A DNA stretch of 64,000 nucleotides from Candidatus Beckwithbacteria bacterium. GTDB taxonomy: Bacteria > Patescibacteriota > Microgenomatia > UBA1400 > CG1-02-47-37. The DNA lies in assembly GCA_043803225.1 (NCBI GenBank), contig JAZDKF010000012.1:118647-182646 (forward strand). The letters are read 5' to 3'. The position numbers and the translations under genes were made by a program. The notes under the pieces are model-generated. The model was not told where the DNA came from. It searched no databases and saw only the letters and a list, made by a program, of their open reading frames with translations. Below are positions 30,297 through 41,269 of this stretch, in pieces. Position 1 is the stretch's first letter. Each line of letters opens with the position of its first letter.

Positions 30297-30497
30297 ATGT
30301 TTAAAAACGTTATTGCTCCAGTTCAAGCTTGGTTGCTTTCTCGTGGTCAGTGTGTTGGTTGTGGCATGCCTTTAAATAAAGCTAAAGCTAGTTCAGCCAA
30401 GCCGGGTCAAGAAAAAATCACCTGTAAATGTGGCCGAATCTTTATTAAAGACACTAAAACCAATAAATACCGCCGCGCCTTGTTTGAAGAAGTCTAA
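30297..30497 (+). CDS. Small zinc-ribbon protein
   Basis: CVGC...CKCG; strong AAAGGAGG SD upstream. Confidence 0.8.
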   Translation: MFKNVIAPVQAWLLSRGQCVGCGMPLNKAKASSAKPGQEKITCKCGRIFIKDTKTNKYRRALFEEV

Positions 30498-30500
30498 ACC

Positions 30501-31430
30501 ATGTTTAAAAAGTTGTTTTTACTTGGTGTCATCAGTCTAATTCTTTTATTTATTGCTGGAGTCTTGTTTTGGCGCTGGGCGAATTCACCGGTTGATAAAA
30601 AAAACTCTGCTCCCCAAGTCTTTGTCGTGCCCCAAGGACAATCAGCTAAAATTATCGGCCAAAGACTTAAAACCAGCGGTTTTATCAAAAGTCAACTTGC
30701 CTTCAATTTATTAATTGATCAGCAAAGTTTAGGTAATAAACTTCAGGCTGGCGATTTTCGTTTATCGCCTTCAATGGATTTGTCTACGATCATCGACTCT
30801 TTAACTCATGGTAGTTTAGATTATTGGATTACTTTTCCTGAAGGTTTAAGGGGAGAAGAGTATGCTCAAAGATTGGCTGATAAGTCTAATCTTGACCCGC
30901 AAGCTTTTATTCTCGCCGCCAAACCTTATGAGGGTCATCTTTTTCCTGACACATATCTTATTCCCCAAACTGCCTCTGCCGAAGATATTATTAAGCTTCT
31001 GACTGACACCTTTGATCAAAAAAGCCCTACTCAAGACGATGACCTGATTATTTTAGCCTCTTTAATTGAAAGAGAAGCCAAGCATGCCCAGGATCGGCCT
31101 TTAGTTTCCAGCGTTTTGCATAATCGCTTAGAACTCGGTATGGCTTTACAAATTGACGCCACAGTTCAGTATATTATTGGCAGGCCTGATAATTGGTGGA
31201 AAAAGGAGTTATCCAAACAAAACTTAGCCATAGACTCTCCTTATAATACTTATCTTTATCCTGGGCTACCCCCTAAACCTATATCTAATCCTGGTTTAGC
31301 TTCTCTTAAAGCTGCTCTTGAACCAGCTAAAACCAACTACCTTTTTTATCTTTCTGATTCTTCTGGTTACAACCACTATGCTGAAGATTTGGCCGGTCAC
31401 AACGCTAACATTGACAAATACCTGCGCTAA
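30501..31430 (+). CDS. mltG: Endolytic transglycosylase MltG
   Basis: LASLIEREA, LQIDATVQY, SPYNTY, GLPPKPISNPG. Confidence 0.95.
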   Translation: MFKKLFLLGVISLILLFIAGVLFWRWANSPVDKKNSAPQVFVVPQGQSAKIIGQRLKTSGFIKSQLAFNLLIDQQSLGNKLQAGDFRLSPSMDLSTIIDSLTHGSLDYWITFPEGLRGEEYAQRLADKSNLDPQAFILAAKPYEGHLFPDTYLIPQTASAEDIIKLLTDTFDQKSPTQDDDLIILASLIEREAKHAQDRPLVSSVLHNRLELGMALQIDATVQYIIGRPDNWWKKELSKQNLAIDSPYNTYLYPGLPPKPISNPGLASLKAALEPAKTNYLFYLSDSSGYNHYAEDLAGHNANIDKYLR

Positions 31431-31444
31431 ACCAAATTTACCCC

Positions 31445-31472
31445 TTGACAATCTTAGTTATTTTGTTATATT
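31445..31472 (+). promoter_or_regulatory. Sigma70 promoter upstream of rpoB
   Basis: TTGACA-16 bp-TATATT with TG extension. Confidence 0.65.
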
Positions 31473-31589
31473 ACTTTTATCTTAGCCTGTTAGCGTGCAG
31501 GCTAGTCTTTGTTCGTCAATTTCCAAGTTACGCCTTAAAATAAAGTGTCCTACCTTATTTTTTTCATTGACAAATAATCGCCTATAATT

Positions 31590-31626
31590 CAAAAAACGGG
31601 ACTAATGCCCGTTTTTTGTGTTTTTT
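31590..31626 (+). terminator. Terminator-like hairpin at the end of the rpoB leader
   Basis: caaaaaacggg-actaatg-cccgttttttg followed by a T run, 13 nt before ATG 31632. Confidence 0.65.
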
Positions 31627-31631
31627 ATAAC

Positions 31632-34600
31632 ATGATTAAAAACGACCATAGAATTTTCTGGAAAAATCCTCCAAAAAACCTCCCCCAATTAAATCTTTTA
31701 GATGTTCAACTTGAATCATATCAATGGTTTTTAAATCAGGGCATTAAAGAGGCTTTAGAAAGCATTTCGCCCATCAACGATTTTACTGGCAAGAACTGGC
31801 AGTTAGAGTTTAGTGAACACTCGATTGGAATGGCTAAATATTCAGCTAACCAAGCTCTTAAAAAAGGCTTAACTTATGAAGTTCCTTTAAAGGTTAAGGC
31901 TAAATTGACTAATTTGCAAACAGGCGAAGTAATTAAGCAAGAAGTCTTTATGGGGGATATTCCTCAAATGACCAATATCGGCACTTTTATTATCAATGGC
32001 ATCGAAAGGGCAGTTGTTAATCAATTGGTTCGTTCTCCCGGAGTCTTTTTCTCTGGTACAGTTGATCTGTCCACAGGCAGAAATCTTTATCAGGCAGAAC
32101 TGCGTCCCTTGCGCGGTTCCTGGTTAGAAATCAATATTTCCCGCTACAATACTATTTCAGTTAAAATCGATCGTCACCGTAAACTTCCCGCTACTACCTT
32201 GCTCAGAGCCACCCGTCCTTTTGACGATGAAGAGCTATTAAAGCTTTTTAATCAAGCCGACACAGATCAAAAACACCCTTATATATTATCAACCTTGGAA
32301 AAAGACCCAACTAAAACTCACGAAGAAGCTTTAATTGAAATTTATCAAAAAATGCGCCCAGGCGAACCAGCTATCTTAGAAAATGCTAAAGAATTGTTAC
32401 ATCGGATGTTTTTTGACCCAAAGCGTTATGATCTTGGTGATGTTGGTCGATATAAAACTAATCGACGACTAGGGCTTAACATTGATCTTAAAACTCGGGT
32501 TTTAACTCCTGATGATATCGTCGCCACAATAAAATATTTAATTGGTCTTCAAAATGGCCAAGGTCGAGTTGACGACATTGACAGTTTATCTAACCGTCGT
32601 GTCCGTCGAGTTGGTGAACTTGTTGCTACTAGTGCCTTTAGGGTTGGCTTACTTAGGTTGGAAAGGTCAATTAGAGAAAAAATGAGTTTGGCTAAAGCTG
32701 ATGTTGAAATCACTCCTAGTACCTTAGTTAATCCACGACCAGTTATTGCCTCGGTTTCCGATTTTTTCAGACGAAATCGCTTATCAACGATCTTAGATCA
32801 AACTAATCCTTTATCCGAAATTGACAACCTTCGTCGTTTATCCGTTATGGGTCCTGGAGGTGTTACTCGGGAGCGGGCATCTTTTTCCATGCGGGATATT
32901 AACTCCAGTCAATATGGCCGTATTTGTCCAGTTAGATCTCCTGAAGGACCAAATATTGGCCTAGTTACCTATTTAGCTCTTTACGCCCGCGTCAATCAAT
33001 TTGGTTTTCTTGAGACTCCATATCGAAAATTAATCCAGGAGAAAAAAGGTAATCAAATTAAAATGAGGGTTACCGATGAAATAGTTTATCTTGCTTCGGA
33101 CGAAGAAGAAAATCACTATATTACCCACGCTGAAATTGCTGTCGATAACCAAGGGTATATTATTAAAGACTGGGTTCCGGCTCGTTACCAAACAGAATTT
33201 ATTGAAATTTCCGCCAGCCAACTTGAATATATTGATGTTGTTCCTCGACAAGTAGTCGGCACTTCAGCCTCCTTGATTCCATTTATCGCTCACGATGAAG
33301 CCAATCGAGCCCTAATGGGCACACACATGCAATGTCAAGCAGTACCCTTGGTTAATCCTGAGGCTCCTATTATTGGGACAGCCATGGAACAAGAGGTAGT
33401 CTCTGCTATGAAACGTACGGTCCAAGCCATAATTCCCGGAACCATTATCTATGTCGATAGTCAAAAAGTCATTATCAAATCCGATGCTAAAGAGATTAAA
33501 AAAGTTAAAGATCTAAAAAACTCTCTTCAAGAAACAGTGACAATTGAAGGCAATGAACTTCACTATCAAGTAACAAAATTTAATCGAACCACTCAATCTA
33601 CTTGTTATTCACAAAAACCACTAGTAGTAGTGGGAAATAAAGTTAAAACCGGAGACCTAATTATAGACGGTCCTGCTTGTGATCACGGAGAATTAGCGCT
33701 AGGGCAAAATCTAAATATTGCCTACATGAGTTATGAAGGTTTGGGCTATGAAGACGCCATCATTATCTCTGACAGATTAGTTAAAGAAGATGTCTTGACT
33801 TCAATCATGATTAATGAGTATGAAGCTAAAGTCATGGATACCAAACTTGGTCCCGAAGAATTGACTCGAGACATTCCCAATGTTGGTGAAACTGAATTGG
33901 CTAATCTTGGCGAGGATGGGATTGTCGTGATTGGTAGCCAAGTTGAACCGAATGATATTCTGGTTGGGAAAATCGCTCCTAAGGGTGAAACCGAACTTAC
34001 TGCCGAAGAAAGACTGCTTCGTGCTATCTTTGGAGAAAAGGCCAGAGAGGTAAGAGATACTAGTTTAAGAGTTCCTCACGGCGAGGGCGGGACTGTTATT
34101 GAGGTTAAAATCTTTGATCGAGATAAAGGTGATGAATTGGATCCAGGCGTAATTAAAAAAGTAGTTGTCCAAGTAGCTCAAATGAGAAAAATCGTCGTTG
34201 GTGATAAATTGGCTGGCCGCCATGGGAACAAAGGTGTTATTAGTAAAATCGTTCCGGTGGCCGACATGCCATATTTTAAAGATGGCACCCCGGTTGATGT
34301 AATTATCTCCCCTCTTTCAGTTTTAGCCAGAATGAACTTAGGGCAATTAATGGAAGCTCAACTTGGTTGGGCTGCCAAAAAACTTGGACAAAAATTTGCT
34401 CTTCCGGTTTTCGAACATGTTGATGAGAACTTGGTCACTAATCAACTCAAGAAAGCCAATTTACCAATCTCTGGCAAAGTCCAACTTTATGACGGTCGCA
34501 CTGGTGAACCGTTTGCCACTCAAACCGCTGTCGGCGTCGCCTACATCTTAAAGTTAATCCACATGGTGGAAGATAAGACTCATGCTCGTTCCACCGGACC

Positions 34601-34973
34601 CTATTCTTTGGTCACCCAACAGCCATTAGGTGGTAAAGCTCAGATGGGTGGACAACGTTTAGGTGAAATGGAGGTTTGGGCCCTTGAAGCCCATCGGGCT
34701 GCCCACACGCTCCAGGAAATGTTAACTATTAAATCTGATGACGTAGTTGGACGCGCTAAAGCCTTTGAAGCCATTGTTAAAAACTTAGATATTCCCGAAG
34801 CTACCGTTCCCGAATCCTTCCGCGTTTTAGTTAAAGAACTTCAAAGCCTTTGTTTAAATATTATTCCTGGAGGGATTACTGAAGCTGAGTTAAAAGACGA
34901 CGACGAATCAGAAGATCAACTAGAGAAGTCTAAAGTTGAATCAACTAAAGAAAAAAAGGAAACTAATGAGTAA
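31632..34973 (+). CDS. rpoB: RNA polymerase subunit beta
   Basis: GDKLAGRHGNKG, GGQRLGEMEVWAL. Start moved to ATG 31632 because ATG 31605 lies in the hairpin loop. Confidence 0.98.
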   Translation: MIKNDHRIFWKNPPKNLPQLNLLDVQLESYQWFLNQGIKEALESISPINDFTGKNWQLEFSEHSIGMAKYSANQALKKGLTYEVPLKVKAKLTNLQTGEVIKQEVFMGDIPQMTNIGTFIINGIERAVVNQLVRSPGVFFSGTVDLSTGRNLYQAELRPLRGSWLEINISRYNTISVKIDRHRKLPATTLLRATRPFDDEELLKLFNQADTDQKHPYILSTLEKDPTKTHEEALIEIYQKMRPGEPAILENAKELLHRMFFDPKRYDLGDVGRYKTNRRLGLNIDLKTRVLTPDDIVATIKYLIGLQNGQGRVDDIDSLSNRRVRRVGELVATSAFRVGLLRLERSIREKMSLAKADVEITPSTLVNPRPVIASVSDFFRRNRLSTILDQTNPLSEIDNLRRLSVMGPGGVTRERASFSMRDINSSQYGRICPVRSPEGPNIGLVTYLALYARVNQFGFLETPYRKLIQEKKGNQIKMRVTDEIVYLASDEEENHYITHAEIAVDNQGYIIKDWVPARYQTEFIEISASQLEYIDVVPRQVVGTSASLIPFIAHDEANRALMGTHMQCQAVPLVNPEAPIIGTAMEQEVVSAMKRTVQAIIPGTIIYVDSQKVIIKSDAKEIKKVKDLKNSLQETVTIEGNELHYQVTKFNRTTQSTCYSQKPLVVVGNKVKTGDLIIDGPACDHGELALGQNLNIAYMSYEGLGYEDAIIISDRLVKEDVLTSIMINEYEAKVMDTKLGPEELTRDIPNVGETELANLGEDGIVVIGSQVEPNDILVGKIAPKGETELTAEERLLRAIFGEKAREVRDTSLRVPHGEGGTVIEVKIFDRDKGDELDPGVIKKVVVQVAQMRKIVVGDKLAGRHGNKGVISKIVPVADMPYFKDGTPVDVIISPLSVLARMNLGQLMEAQLGWAAKKLGQKFALPVFEHVDENLVTNQLKKANLPISGKVQLYDGRTGEPFATQTAVGVAYILKLIHMVEDKTHARSTGPYSLVTQQPLGGKAQMGGQRLGEMEVWALEAHRAAHTLQEMLTIKSDDVVGRAKAFEAIVKNLDIPEATVPESFRVLVKELQSLCLNIIPGGITEAELKDDDESEDQLEKSKVESTKEKKETNE

Positions 34974-37900
34974 ACTTACTGATTTCTCCACCCTTCAAAT
35001 TAAACTTGCTTCACCAGAAGTAATTAAAACTTGGTCTCATGGAGAAATTTTAAAACCAGAAACAATTAACTATCGGACTCTAAAACCAGAAAAAGATGGT
35101 TTATTCTGCGAGCGGATTTTTGGCCCAACCAAAGATTGGGAATGTTATTGCGGCAAATATAAACGTATTCGCTATCGGGGAATTATTTGTGATAAATGCG
35201 GGGTTGAAGTTACTCAAAGTCGTGTTCGGCGCGAACGCATGGGCCATATTACCCTGGCTTGTCCTGTTGCCCACATCTGGTTTTTCAAAGGTGCCCCCTC
35301 CCATCTCTCTCTGATTTTAAACATCTCTCCTCGCAACCTAGCTGGAGTTATTTACTTTGCCAAATACTTGGTTATTGAAGTCGATAAAGATTTGAAAAAA
35401 GCTACTTATATTAATCTTGATCAGCAGTTTACAGTCAAAATTAAAGATCTTGACGAAAAATTTAAACAAGATATTAAAGCTGTCGAAACCGCCAACACCC
35501 AAACAGTTAAAGATATTAAAGTCAAAATTAAAACCAAAGAACAGGCAGAAATGGCTATCAATGAAGCCAATCTCAAAGCCAAGCGCGAAATTGCTTCCAT
35601 TCGTGAAACTTTAGTCAATGAAAAAGAAACCGCTAAAGAAATCTTTTCTACGGTTAAAGACTTGGTCAAACGCATTTATCCCCACACTGTTTTAACCGAA
35701 GAAGAGTATCTCAAATTAGTCGACTATAACGCTGGTGAATTTATGACGGTTGGTATGGGCGCGGATGCTATTTTAGAGTTAGTTAAGAAAATTGACCTAG
35801 ACAAATTGATCGACCAATATCACCAAGAAGTTCAGGACTATTCCGGCCAGCGTCAAATCAAGGCCATTAAATGCCTTCGCATTCTTGAAGGCTTCCGTAA
35901 GGTTGCCATTGATCCGTCTTGGATGATTATTACCATCTTGCCAGTAATTCCGCCGGATTTAAGACCTATGGTTCAGCTTTCTGGCGGCCACTTTGCCTCT
36001 TCAGATATTAACGATCTTTACCGGCGGGTTATCAACCGCAACAACCGTCTTAAGCACCTGATTAACTTAGGCGCCCCGGAAATTATTTTAAGAAATGAAA
36101 AACGCATGCTCCAAGAAGCAGTTGATACCTTAATTGACAGCTCTCAAGCCAGGGCAACCCGCCGCCGTGGAGTCAAAGAACTCCGTTCTTTAGCCGATAT
36201 GTTGCGGGGTAAACAGGGTCGCTTCCGTCAAAATTTGCTCGGTAAAAGAGTTGACTACTCGGGCCGTTCGGTTATTGTCGTTGGTCCAGAGCTTACTTTA
36301 AATCAAGCTGGTATCCCTAAGCAAATGGCTTTGGAAATCTTTAAACCTTACGTTTTAAAAGAATTAATTAATCGCGGTCTCGCTCCTAATGTCAAATCAG
36401 CCAAAAACGTTCTTGACCGTCGTCCGCCGGAAGTCTTCGATATTTTAGAAGACATTATCACCGACCACCCGATTCTTTTAAATCGTGCTCCCACTTTGCA
36501 CAAACTCGGCATTCAGGCTTTTTACCCGGTTTTGGTTGAAGGCAACGCCATTCACTTGCATCCTTGTGTTTGTGCTGGTTACAATGCTGATTTTGACGGC
36601 GATCAAATGGCAGTTCACGTGCCTCTTTCCAAAGATGCCACCAAAGAATCCATCGATTTCATGATGCCTAAAAACAATCTTTTAAAACCAGCTGATGGTT
36701 CTCCGGTGACCCTGCCAAACAAAGAAATGGCTTTGGGTATTTATTACTTTACCTCCATCGACGCCTCAATCGAACCCAGCAACACAATTTTTTGCTCGCA
36801 GCCGGAAGCAATCTTAGCCTATCAGTTAAAAGTGATCCAGCCCCGCCAACCGATTCAAGTTAAACTCGGTCGCGAACTGGTTGAAACTACCGTTGGCCGC
36901 CTTCTCTTTAATCAAGCTTTGCCTGAGAACCTCCGGTTTATCAACCAACCGGTTAAAGCCTCAGACATTAAAGCCTTAATTAAAAAGGCGATTGCTCTTT
37001 GCAACCCGGATGAAATGGTCAAATTAATCGATGACTTAAAAGATTTCGGCTTTACCGCAGTTACTGTTTCTGGCTTGTCTGTCTCCGTCTCTGACTGTAA
37101 GACGATTCCGGAAAAGGGTCGCTTGATTGAAGAAGCTAACAAAAAAGCCGCCTTGATTGAAGAAAACTACAAAAATGGTTTAATTACCCGGGAAGAAAAA
37201 CGTCGTCTTAATAACCAGTTATGGATGGATACAACTGATGTTATTGCTGACAAAACCTGGAACAGCTTTGATGAAGAAAACGCCGTAAAATTAATCATCA
37301 ACTCCGGCGGCACTCGAGCCTCCAAAGATCAAGTTAAACAATTAGCCGCCATGAGAGGTTTAGTCGTTGATCCGCTTGGTAAAATCGTTGAGTTGCCGAC
37401 TAAATCAAACTTTAGGGAAGGCTTATCAATCTTTGAATACGTGACCTCTTCTCGTGGTTCCAGAAAAGGCCTGACCGACTCAGCTATTAAAACCGCTGAC
37501 GCCGGTTATCTGACTCGTCGTTTGGTTGACGTTGCCCACGACATGATTATTCGGCTCACTGACTGTAAAACCAAAGCTGGCCTTACCATCTCCAATGACG
37601 GTAAGCGTAACCAGCACTTTGCCACCCGAATTACCAGCCGTTACTTAGCTGAAAACGTTTTAAGCCCTAAAACCAAAAAAGTGATTGCTAAAAAAGACAC
37701 CTTGGTTAATGAAGACATGGCCGCGACTATTACTAAAGCCCAAGTTAAATCAGTTATGGTTCGCTCACCTTTAAGTTGTCAGGCCAAACACGGCATTTGT
37801 GCTAAGTGTTACGGTTGGGACTTTTCCACCAAAAAAGAAGTTACCATCGGCGCCCCGGTCGGAGTCGTTGCCGCTCAAAGTATTGGCGAACCGGGCACTC

Positions 37901-38655
37901 AGTTAACCATGCGGGTTAAGCACTTCGGCGGTATTGTTATCTCTGACGTGACCCAAGGTTTGCCTCGTGTTGAAGAATTGTTTGAAATCAGAAATCCAAA
38001 AATAATTGCCCCTCTTTCCGAGGTTGCCGGTAAAGTTTCCGTCAAAGATACTAACCGCGGTTACGAAATTACGGTGACTCCGATTCATGACCAAAAATCT
38101 GAGTCGAAATCTTATCTTGTGCCCTTAACCTCAACTCTCAGAGTCAAAACCGGCCAGCTAGTCGGCCTTGGCGAACAGCTAGCCTCTGGTTCAGTCAGCA
38201 TTAAAGAACTCTTAAGAACTCGCGGCATGCTCTCTGCCCAGGAATACTTAATCGAAGAAATTCAAGCCGTTTATGAATCTCAGGGAATTCCGATTCACGA
38301 CAAACACTTCGAAGTCATTGTTCGCAAGATGTCGGACAAAGTCCAGGTCGAAACTGTCGGCGACACCGAACTTTTAATCGGCGAGTTTGTGGAAAACACC
38401 CGGTTTAATGAAGAAAACGACACTGCCAAAACTAACAAAGGCTTAGCCGCCAAAGCCCGGCAAGTTATCTTGGGTGTTACCCGGTCTTCTCTGCATACCG
38501 AGTCTTGGTTATCCGCCGCTTCCTTCCAAAATACCTCCAGCATTTTGACTAATGCCGCTGCCAGCGGTAAGATCGATAAACTTTTAGGCCTGAAAGAAAA
38601 TGTTATAATTGGCCGGCTCATTCCTACTAGTGAAGAAAGAGCCAAACAGGAATAA
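34966..38655 (+). CDS. rpoC: RNA polymerase subunit beta'
   Basis: NADFDGD, Zn finger CYCGKY...[20 protein letters not shown] at 34966. Confidence 0.98.
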   Translation: MSKLTDFSTLQIKLASPEVIKTWSHGEILKPETINYRTLKPEKDGLFCERIFGPTKDWECYCGKYKRIRYRGIICDKCGVEVTQSRVRRERMGHITLACPVAHIWFFKGAPSHLSLILNISPRNLAGVIYFAKYLVIEVDKDLKKATYINLDQQFTVKIKDLDEKFKQDIKAVETANTQTVKDIKVKIKTKEQAEMAINEANLKAKREIASIRETLVNEKETAKEIFSTVKDLVKRIYPHTVLTEEEYLKLVDYNAGEFMTVGMGADAILELVKKIDLDKLIDQYHQEVQDYSGQRQIKAIKCLRILEGFRKVAIDPSWMIITILPVIPPDLRPMVQLSGGHFASSDINDLYRRVINRNNRLKHLINLGAPEIILRNEKRMLQEAVDTLIDSSQARATRRRGVKELRSLADMLRGKQGRFRQNLLGKRVDYSGRSVIVVGPELTLNQAGIPKQMALEIFKPYVLKELINRGLAPNVKSAKNVLDRRPPEVFDILEDIITDHPILLNRAPTLHKLGIQAFYPVLVEGNAIHLHPCVCAGYNADFDGDQMAVHVPLSKDATKESIDFMMPKNNLLKPADGSPVTLPNKEMALGIYYFTSIDASIEPSNTIFCSQPEAILAYQLKVIQPRQPIQVKLGRELVETTVGRLLFNQALPENLRFINQPVKASDIKALIKKAIALCNPDEMVKLIDDLKDFGFTAVTVSGLSVSVSDCKTIPEKGRLIEEANKKAALIEENYKNGLITREEKRRLNNQLWMDTTDVIADKTWNSFDEENAVKLIINSGGTRASKDQVKQLAAMRGLVVDPLGKIVELPTKSNFREGLSIFEYVTSSRGSRKGLTDSAIKTADAGYLTRRLVDVAHDMIIRLTDCKTKAGLTISNDGKRNQHFATRITSRYLAENVLSPKTKKVIAKKDTLVNEDMAATITKAQVKSVMVRSPLSCQAKHGICAKCYGWDFSTKKEVTIGAPVGVVAAQSIGEPGTQLTMRVKHFGGIVISDVTQGLPRVEELFEIRNPKIIAPLSEVAGKVSVKDTNRGYEITVTPIHDQKSESKSYLVPLTSTLRVKTGQLVGLGEQLASGSVSIKELLRTRGMLSAQEYLIEEIQAVYESQGIPIHDKHFEVIVRKMSDKVQVETVGDTELLIGEFVENTRFNEENDTAKTNKGLAAKARQVILGVTRSSLHTESWLSAASFQNTSSILTNAAASGKIDKLLGLKENVIIGRLIPTSEERAKQE

Positions 38656-38656
38656 T

Positions 38657-39142
38657 ATGCCAACCATCAACCAGCTGGTCAGAAAGAAACGTACCCGGAA
38701 AGCCAATCGGATTAAAGCCTCGGCTTTAAGAAAAACTTTCAATCTTAAAGACCGGCGCATGAAATCGACGATTAACTCCCAAAAGCGGGGAGTTTGCCTG
38801 TTGGTTAAAACCATGACCCCGAAAAAACCCAACTCAGCGCTTAGAAAAGTTGCCCGGGTCAGGTTATCCAATAAACAAGAAGTTACCGCCTACATTCCTG
38901 GTATTGGTCATGACTTGGCCGAACACTCCATTGTTTTAATTCGCGGTGGCCGGGTTAAAGACCTCCCCGGTGTTAAATATCACATTATCCGCGGCAAATT
39001 TGATGCCGCCGGTGTTGTCAATCGTAAATCATCTCGTTCCAAATACGGCACCAAACAATCTGGCGCCACCACCGCCACTGCGGCCGCTCAGGGGGCAGTC
39101 AAACCTGCCGCCCCAGCCGCTCCAGTTGCTCCAGCCGAATAA
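38657..39142 (+). CDS. rpsL: 30S ribosomal protein S12
   Basis: MPTINQL start at 38657, [19 protein letters not shown]; Ala/Pro tail. Confidence 0.98.
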   Translation: MPTINQLVRKKRTRKANRIKASALRKTFNLKDRRMKSTINSQKRGVCLLVKTMTPKKPNSALRKVARVRLSNKQEVTAYIPGIGHDLAEHSIVLIRGGRVKDLPGVKYHIIRGKFDAAGVVNRKSSRSKYGTKQSGATTATAAAQGAVKPAAPAAPVAPAE

Positions 39143-39145
39143 ACT

Positions 39146-39625
39146 ATGTCCCGATCAGGTAAAATCACCAAAAGACTTACCGCCCCGGATCCGATTTACG
39201 ACAGCCGTTTAGTCGCTAAATTAATCAATGTTTTGATGAAAGCCGGCAAAAAATCCATTGCCCAAAAACATGTTTATAAAGCCTTGGATATTCTCAAGGA
39301 AAAAACTAAAACCGATCCTTTGGAAACCCTCCGCCAAGCTTTGGACAATGTAAAACCCTCAATGGAAGTCCGTTCCCGCCGCATCGGCGGCGCCGCTTAC
39401 CAGGTGCCTTCTCCGGTCAGAGGCGAACGCAAAGAATCTTTGTCTATCCGTTGGGTTATTAATGCCGCCCGCGCCCGATCCAACCGCGAATTTCATCACT
39501 TTTCCGAAAAACTGGCTGCCGAACTCCTAGATGCTTTGGAAAATAAAGGCGGCGCCATGGAAAAGAAAGCCCAGATGACAAAAATGGCCGAAGCCAATAA
39601 GGCATTTAGTCACTTTCGCTGGTAA
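39146..39625 (+). CDS. rpsG: 30S ribosomal protein S7
   Basis: EVRSRRIGGAAYQVP, MAEANKAFSHFRW. Confidence 0.98.
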   Translation: MSRSGKITKRLTAPDPIYDSRLVAKLINVLMKAGKKSIAQKHVYKALDILKEKTKTDPLETLRQALDNVKPSMEVRSRRIGGAAYQVPSPVRGERKESLSIRWVINAARARSNREFHHFSEKLAAELLDALENKGGAMEKKAQMTKMAEANKAFSHFRW

Positions 39626-40128
39626 TGACCCGCTTTTTAAAAGCTTGTTCACTTGTTTTCGCCCTGATTTTTTACCTTCTCGCCTTTGTTATTGCCATTA
39701 AACCCGAACCTTTTTTACGCTTTGGCTACTTGGGTATTTTTGGTTTTAATTTAGTTGGGCCGGGGATGTTTTTAATTCCCGCCGCTTCCCGTTTTTTTAA
39801 CATCGCCGGTGTCGCCACAGTGACCGCTTTAGGCATGGCTTTTAATGACGCAGTTTCCTGGCTGGCCGGTAAGAATGGCGACATTGTTTTTCCTCGGGGC
39901 AGGCGAGTCGAAAAAATCAAAGTCTCGATTAAAAAATACGGCCCCTACGCCTTATTTTTCTGGGCTTTAATCCCTTTCCCTTATGATTTTATTGCCGTCA
40001 TCGCCGGTTATTTAAAACTGCCTTTTTGGCGTTTCTTAATCCCGACTTTTCTCGGCCGCCTGGTTCGCTTTCTCTTAATGGGCTCCGGCATTGTCGCTAT
40101 CTGGGGCAAAGTCAATGTGTTAAACTAA
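39625..40128 (+). CDS. VTT/DedA (SNARE-associated) membrane protein
   Basis: IPFPYDFIAVIAGYLKLPFWRFLIPTFLGRLVRF motif. Confidence 0.8.
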   Translation: MTRFLKACSLVFALIFYLLAFVIAIKPEPFLRFGYLGIFGFNLVGPGMFLIPAASRFFNIAGVATVTALGMAFNDAVSWLAGKNGDIVFPRGRRVEKIKVSIKKYGPYALFFWALIPFPYDFIAVIAGYLKLPFWRFLIPTFLGRLVRFLLMGSGIVAIWGKVNVLN

Positions 40129-40131
40129 ACC

Positions 40132-41229
40132 ATGGAGCCAATTCCGCCCTCGCCAATCCCTCCCACTCTTCCGCCGACTGAGCCGCCCATAATCTCCCCC
40201 GAAGCCCTTAAACCAAAATCCCCTCAAGGCATCTTTATTGTTTTAGCCTTAATTTTAATTGCCGCTTCAGTTTTTGCCTTTAAATACTATCAACTTAAAA
40301 AACAAGCTGTCCCGGGGCAACCCTCTCCTTCGTCAACTTCCCTTATTTCCCCCCAGCCTTCGCCGGAAATAACCGATCCCACCGCTGATTGGCAGCTTTA
40401 TGAAAATTCCGTTCAAAATTACTCTTTTAAATATCCCAGCGATTGGCAAATTAATACCGTAGGCGCATCAGTTGATATTAACAATAAACTCACCCTCTCT
40501 AAAAACAATTATCTGATTGCTATTTACGCTAATATTCAGGGTATTGGTGGCACCGCTAAACAGGTTCCCTCTGTCCCGGTCACCGTTTCCGGTCTGAATT
40601 TATTTAAGCGGGATATTGGCGATAATCTTTACACCAACACCGGTTCTTTTGAAATCAGTGCCACCGATTCCAACCCAACCTTTAAATACCAAGACAAAAT
40701 TTACGAAATTTATCTTACCTATCCGTTAGCAGACAAGGGGACTGAAAACTATCAAGCCAACCTAAAAACCTTCGACCTAATTCTCTCGACTTTCAAATTT
40801 ACCGATTGGAAAACTTATACCAACACCGCTGAAAATTTTAGTTTTCAATACCCCCTCGATGCTCAATTGCTTATCGGTGAAGACCATGTCGAAATAACCC
40901 AGGGTAAAAAAAACTTAGTCTGCGGTTACGACTTTAGTTTTGATGTTATCTTTCCGAAAAATGGAGTCACGGTCAATAAGAATTTTTCTACCTACCCCTT
41001 TAATGTCGCTAATAGAGAGGGCGAAAGATACGATATGCTTAATACTATCGAAGGCTGTCATAATCAAACAGGAATTATCTACCTAAAAAATATTGCCGAT
41101 CCTCAAATCTACGATTACCAAATATATATTATTGATAATACCGATAAACAATTTTTATCCAACCTGATTCTCTCCACTTTTGTCTTTACCGCTTCTTCTG
41201 CTACCGACCTACAGGGTCCGACCCTGTAG
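40132..41229 (+). CDS. Membrane-anchored protein with two PsbP/DcrB-like domains
   Basis: Pro-rich N-terminus, one TM, two DW..Y.N....SF.YP ... LILSTF.FT modules. Stop lies inside a palindrome. Confidence 0.75.
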   Translation: MEPIPPSPIPPTLPPTEPPIISPEALKPKSPQGIFIVLALILIAASVFAFKYYQLKKQAVPGQPSPSSTSLISPQPSPEITDPTADWQLYENSVQNYSFKYPSDWQINTVGASVDINNKLTLSKNNYLIAIYANIQGIGGTAKQVPSVPVTVSGLNLFKRDIGDNLYTNTGSFEISATDSNPTFKYQDKIYEIYLTYPLADKGTENYQANLKTFDLILSTFKFTDWKTYTNTAENFSFQYPLDAQLLIGEDHVEITQGKKNLVCGYDFSFDVIFPKNGVTVNKNFSTYPFNVANREGERYDMLNTIEGCHNQTGIIYLKNIADPQIYDYQIYIIDNTDKQFLSNLILSTFVFTASSATDLQGPTL

Positions 41230-41230
41230 G
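41208..41230. repeat. REP-like 23-bp palindrome, copy 1
   Basis: cctacagggtc-c-gaccctgtagg; perfect 11-bp arms. Confidence 0.9.
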
Positions 41231-41269
41231 CGCTCAGTTTCCTTTCTTTTGTGTTATAATCGCCCGCAA

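Noticed and set aside
31567-31588. TTGACA...TATAAT consensus pair before rpoB
   Set aside because: The spacer is only 10 bp, and the TTGAC is better explained as one arm of the leader structure.
29000-35200. Impression of more A/T-ending codons in mltG-rpoB than in rpoC/fusA
   Set aside because: Not quantifiable by eye; needs a sliding GC3 calculation before any recombination claim.
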